A stretch of DNA of 64,000 nucleotides from NCBI RefSeq assembly GCF_009914755.1, contig NC_060925.1; one strand, 5' to 3'. This document shows positions 60,330 to 64,000 of this stretch, piece after piece. The position numbers and the translations under genes are program-made. The notes beneath the pieces were generated by a model. The model ran no database searches. It saw nothing but the letters and a program-made list of their open reading frames with translations, and was not told the origin of the DNA. The first letter of the stretch is position 1; each line of letters opens with the position of its first letter. The stretch is from the human T2T-CHM13v2.0 reference genome, Homo sapiens.

Positions 60330-60750
60330 GTACCTCAGTATGGGTTTTGTCAAAAGCAGAACCTGAAACGAGGATTCTGGTGTAGTTGTTGTATTTGGGA
60401 GGAAACAATAGTATGTGAGTAGGGAAGGAAGACAGGAAAGGGAAGCAGGCCAGTAAAGGGTGTGTTGTCGAGCCAGTTACCTCTGCACGTAACTGGAGCT
60501 GAATCTTGCTGGGCAACTCTAGGAGTCTCGTAGAATACATGCCTCAGAGATATCCTGCCTGAGGGGCGAGAGAGCTCGGTTATTTATACTCCGACTCTCA
60601 TCAGGCAATGAGAGGTGTCAATTCTGTAGCAGTTCATTCCCCTCCTGCATGTACTTGGAGGCAGGGGGCTCATGAACCCCTTAGGCAGTAGAAGTCAAGC
60701 CAGCTATTGCAATGGAAAGGCTCAAAGGGCTAGAGAGGGGCACAGATGGA
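60330..60750 (-). mobile_element. ERVL LTR (LTR16/LTR33-like)
   Basis: aagcagaacctgaaacgaggatt...taaagggtgtgttgtcgagccagttacc...aactggagct. Confidence 0.6.
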
Positions 60751-60964
60751 AGGACAGGGACAATCTCTGTCTCATTACCCTCCTGCTTAATAATCCCCAG
60801 AGGTCCCCACTGCCCACAGCTGGCCTTTCTGGCCTCCTCCCCTGCACTGCTTCCCTCCATTCACACAAGGGTTCTGAGGTCTTTCCTGAAGAAGACAAGC
60901 ACCCTCATGCCGGTACGCCTGGGTGTGCATCGCTCTTTCCTCCACATCACCCTTCGCTTTTAGG

Positions 60965-61230
60965 TTAACTGATAATACTGGCCGCACGTACTGGGCACCT
61001 GCTACCTGCAGAGTCATTTATGTATGTTAGTTGATTTAATGTAACCCCTATAATAGCATATGAGTTGACTAGCTAAAAAGAATGATCACTTCCATTCTAC
61101 AGGTAAGGAAATCACAGCTCGGAGAGGTTATCTCAATGCCTCTGGCACAAAGCTAGCAAGTGGCAGGGCCATGTTGGGAGACCCGGCTCTCTGCTACAAA
61201 GCCTGTGCGAGGCACTAACCACTGGGCTGA
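60965..61230 (-). mobile_element. MIR
   Basis: ccattctacaggtaaggaaatcacagctcggagaggtta. Confidence 0.65.
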
Positions 61231-61495
61231 ACTACCTCAGACTTCCTGCCTCAGCTCGGCGGTGGCCTGTCCTTGCTCCTTCTCACCTAAATAGATGTGC
61301 TATCAGCTCTGTCTTCCCATAGCCTATGGTACTTTTTTTATGTGGATGTCTTTATTAAGCGTGTGTTATCTTGTAGTGTAAGTATTTATCATCTGACTTC
61401 CCTTTTAAACCATAAGTCCCTCCCATTTTAATCTTCAATGCTTGGCCAATTGCGTAACTGGAGTAAAGACTTCGTTAACTTTTAAAAGAGCACTA

Positions 61496-61886
<391 letters not shown>

Positions 61887-63147
61887 TTAAATAAGACAGG
61901 ACCTAGTTTTGACTTTTCTGGGCATATTCTGCTGGGCAGGAAAGAAATAAGAACATTAACTCTAATGGACCACAGACAGATGGCCTGCCAGCCAGACAGC
62001 GCCCCGCTGAGGGCCAGAGCAGGGCCTTTGCCCAAATCAAGGAGGAGCCTATTGTTTCTTCCAGTTTGTGTATGGAAGGCAAAAACATACAAACAAAAAT
62101 TCTTTGAAAGCTCTTCAGGCTCTGCAATTTGGGACATGTTTATAGGGCATGTGTAAGTCACAGTGGTCAGTGGCTCTGTGGCCACAGAAGGCATTAAGAG
62201 GAAATGTTAGTGGCCTCCTCACCCTTTGTTCCTTAAAGGGCTTCTGCATTGACACCAACAGCCAGAAGGGTTTGCTAGCTTTTAGTGTGGTTATAGTGTG
62301 GACTTAGACACTATAAAATGGGAGGAAAGAAAGCTCCTTTTTGGGAAGAAACTTCTACCTATGTCAGCTATGGTATACCAGCTCACAGAGTGCTAAGAAA
62401 AAATAAATTTTTTAATTAAAAAAAAACTACATGTGCATGTTTATGAAAACCTGGTTTCACAATCAGAATACTGAACCTGCTAATAAATTTATACCAGAAA
62501 AGCATGCATGCTTTGCTGTTAAAAATTAACTTTATAATTTACTTTTTGGCAATAGGGGATAATGAGAAAGAGCAGCAAAGATATCTTTAAAAGGCAGCAG
62601 GGAGTCAGACCTCCTCCTCCTTTCTTCACCCAGGTCTGCACTCGTGGGCACTGAGTCGAGACCACCAAATGCATGTGGGTGGGTCTGATACCCGGTGACC
62701 TGCAGGGACAGCAGCACTCCCAGCCTCTGCCCACCTGCTGACCGCAGGGCAAAGTGTCTAGTTGTAAAAGGAAAGTATGGCTCCTTCTCCCCTCAACCTG
62801 GCCGAATCTTCCAAAGTCATTTGCAGAATATTGACTGCACAGAGCGAAGAACACTTTGTTTACAATGCAGTTGGTGCAAAATGAATAGACTAATGAAGGT
62901 GACGTGAATGTCTTTGACTCATATTTATAGATTTTGGCTTCTTTGTTTCCTCTTGAACGTATTCGCAGTGCCTCCTTTCTTTGTCTGTCTTCTCTTCACT
63001 TTCATCAAAGGCAGCCTGTTCCTTCTGACCTTGAAATTTCTTTTGTAAACATCATGCCTGTTGGCACCTGAACCCACCTAAAGTTTAAGGGGTCCAGGGG
63101 TAAGGGGACTTTTAGAAAACCCTGCTGTCCTATGGCCAACATCAGAT

Positions 63148-63846
<699 letters not shown>

Positions 63847-64000
63847 TAAAAAAGAAATATGCAGCTGAGTGAGAAAAGGTTATTGAAAATTTTACTATAT
63901 ATGTGTGTTCATATGCTTAGAGACATTGTGAAAGCAGGTAACTTTTAAACTTCTTTATACTTTTACTTAACTGTGGTGGAATATACATAACATCAAGTTT

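Overview
Human-like (primate) genomic DNA, roughly half interspersed repeats (about 40 Alus plus L1, L2, MIR, MaLR/ERV LTRs and DNA transposon MITEs). The only supportable protein-coding content is the last five coding exons of EFCAB2 (DRC8, a calmodulin-like EF-hand subunit of the nexin-dynein regulatory complex) on the + strand, 10047-38035, with poly(A) signals at 38301 and 38496. The 5' exons lie upstream of the window. From memory this is chr1q44, upstream of KIF26B. None of the ORF-track entries is a full gene. The most interesting sequence-level observations are: (1) a perfect 48-bp inverted templated insertion with microhomology and stutter duplication just 3' of the gene; (2) a terminal exon with a rare GAG acceptor whose first bases recreate a strong 5' splice site, a candidate for recursive splicing; (3) an 18-copy 88/89-bp VNTR with a 798-bp higher-order duplication; (4) a 90-bp identical tract between two otherwise diverged inverted Alus, a candidate gene conversion; (5) a likely intronic polyadenylation isoform. 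I found no CRISPR array, rRNA, tRNA or novel multi-gene system. Repeat boundaries and subfamily calls are by eye and approximate.
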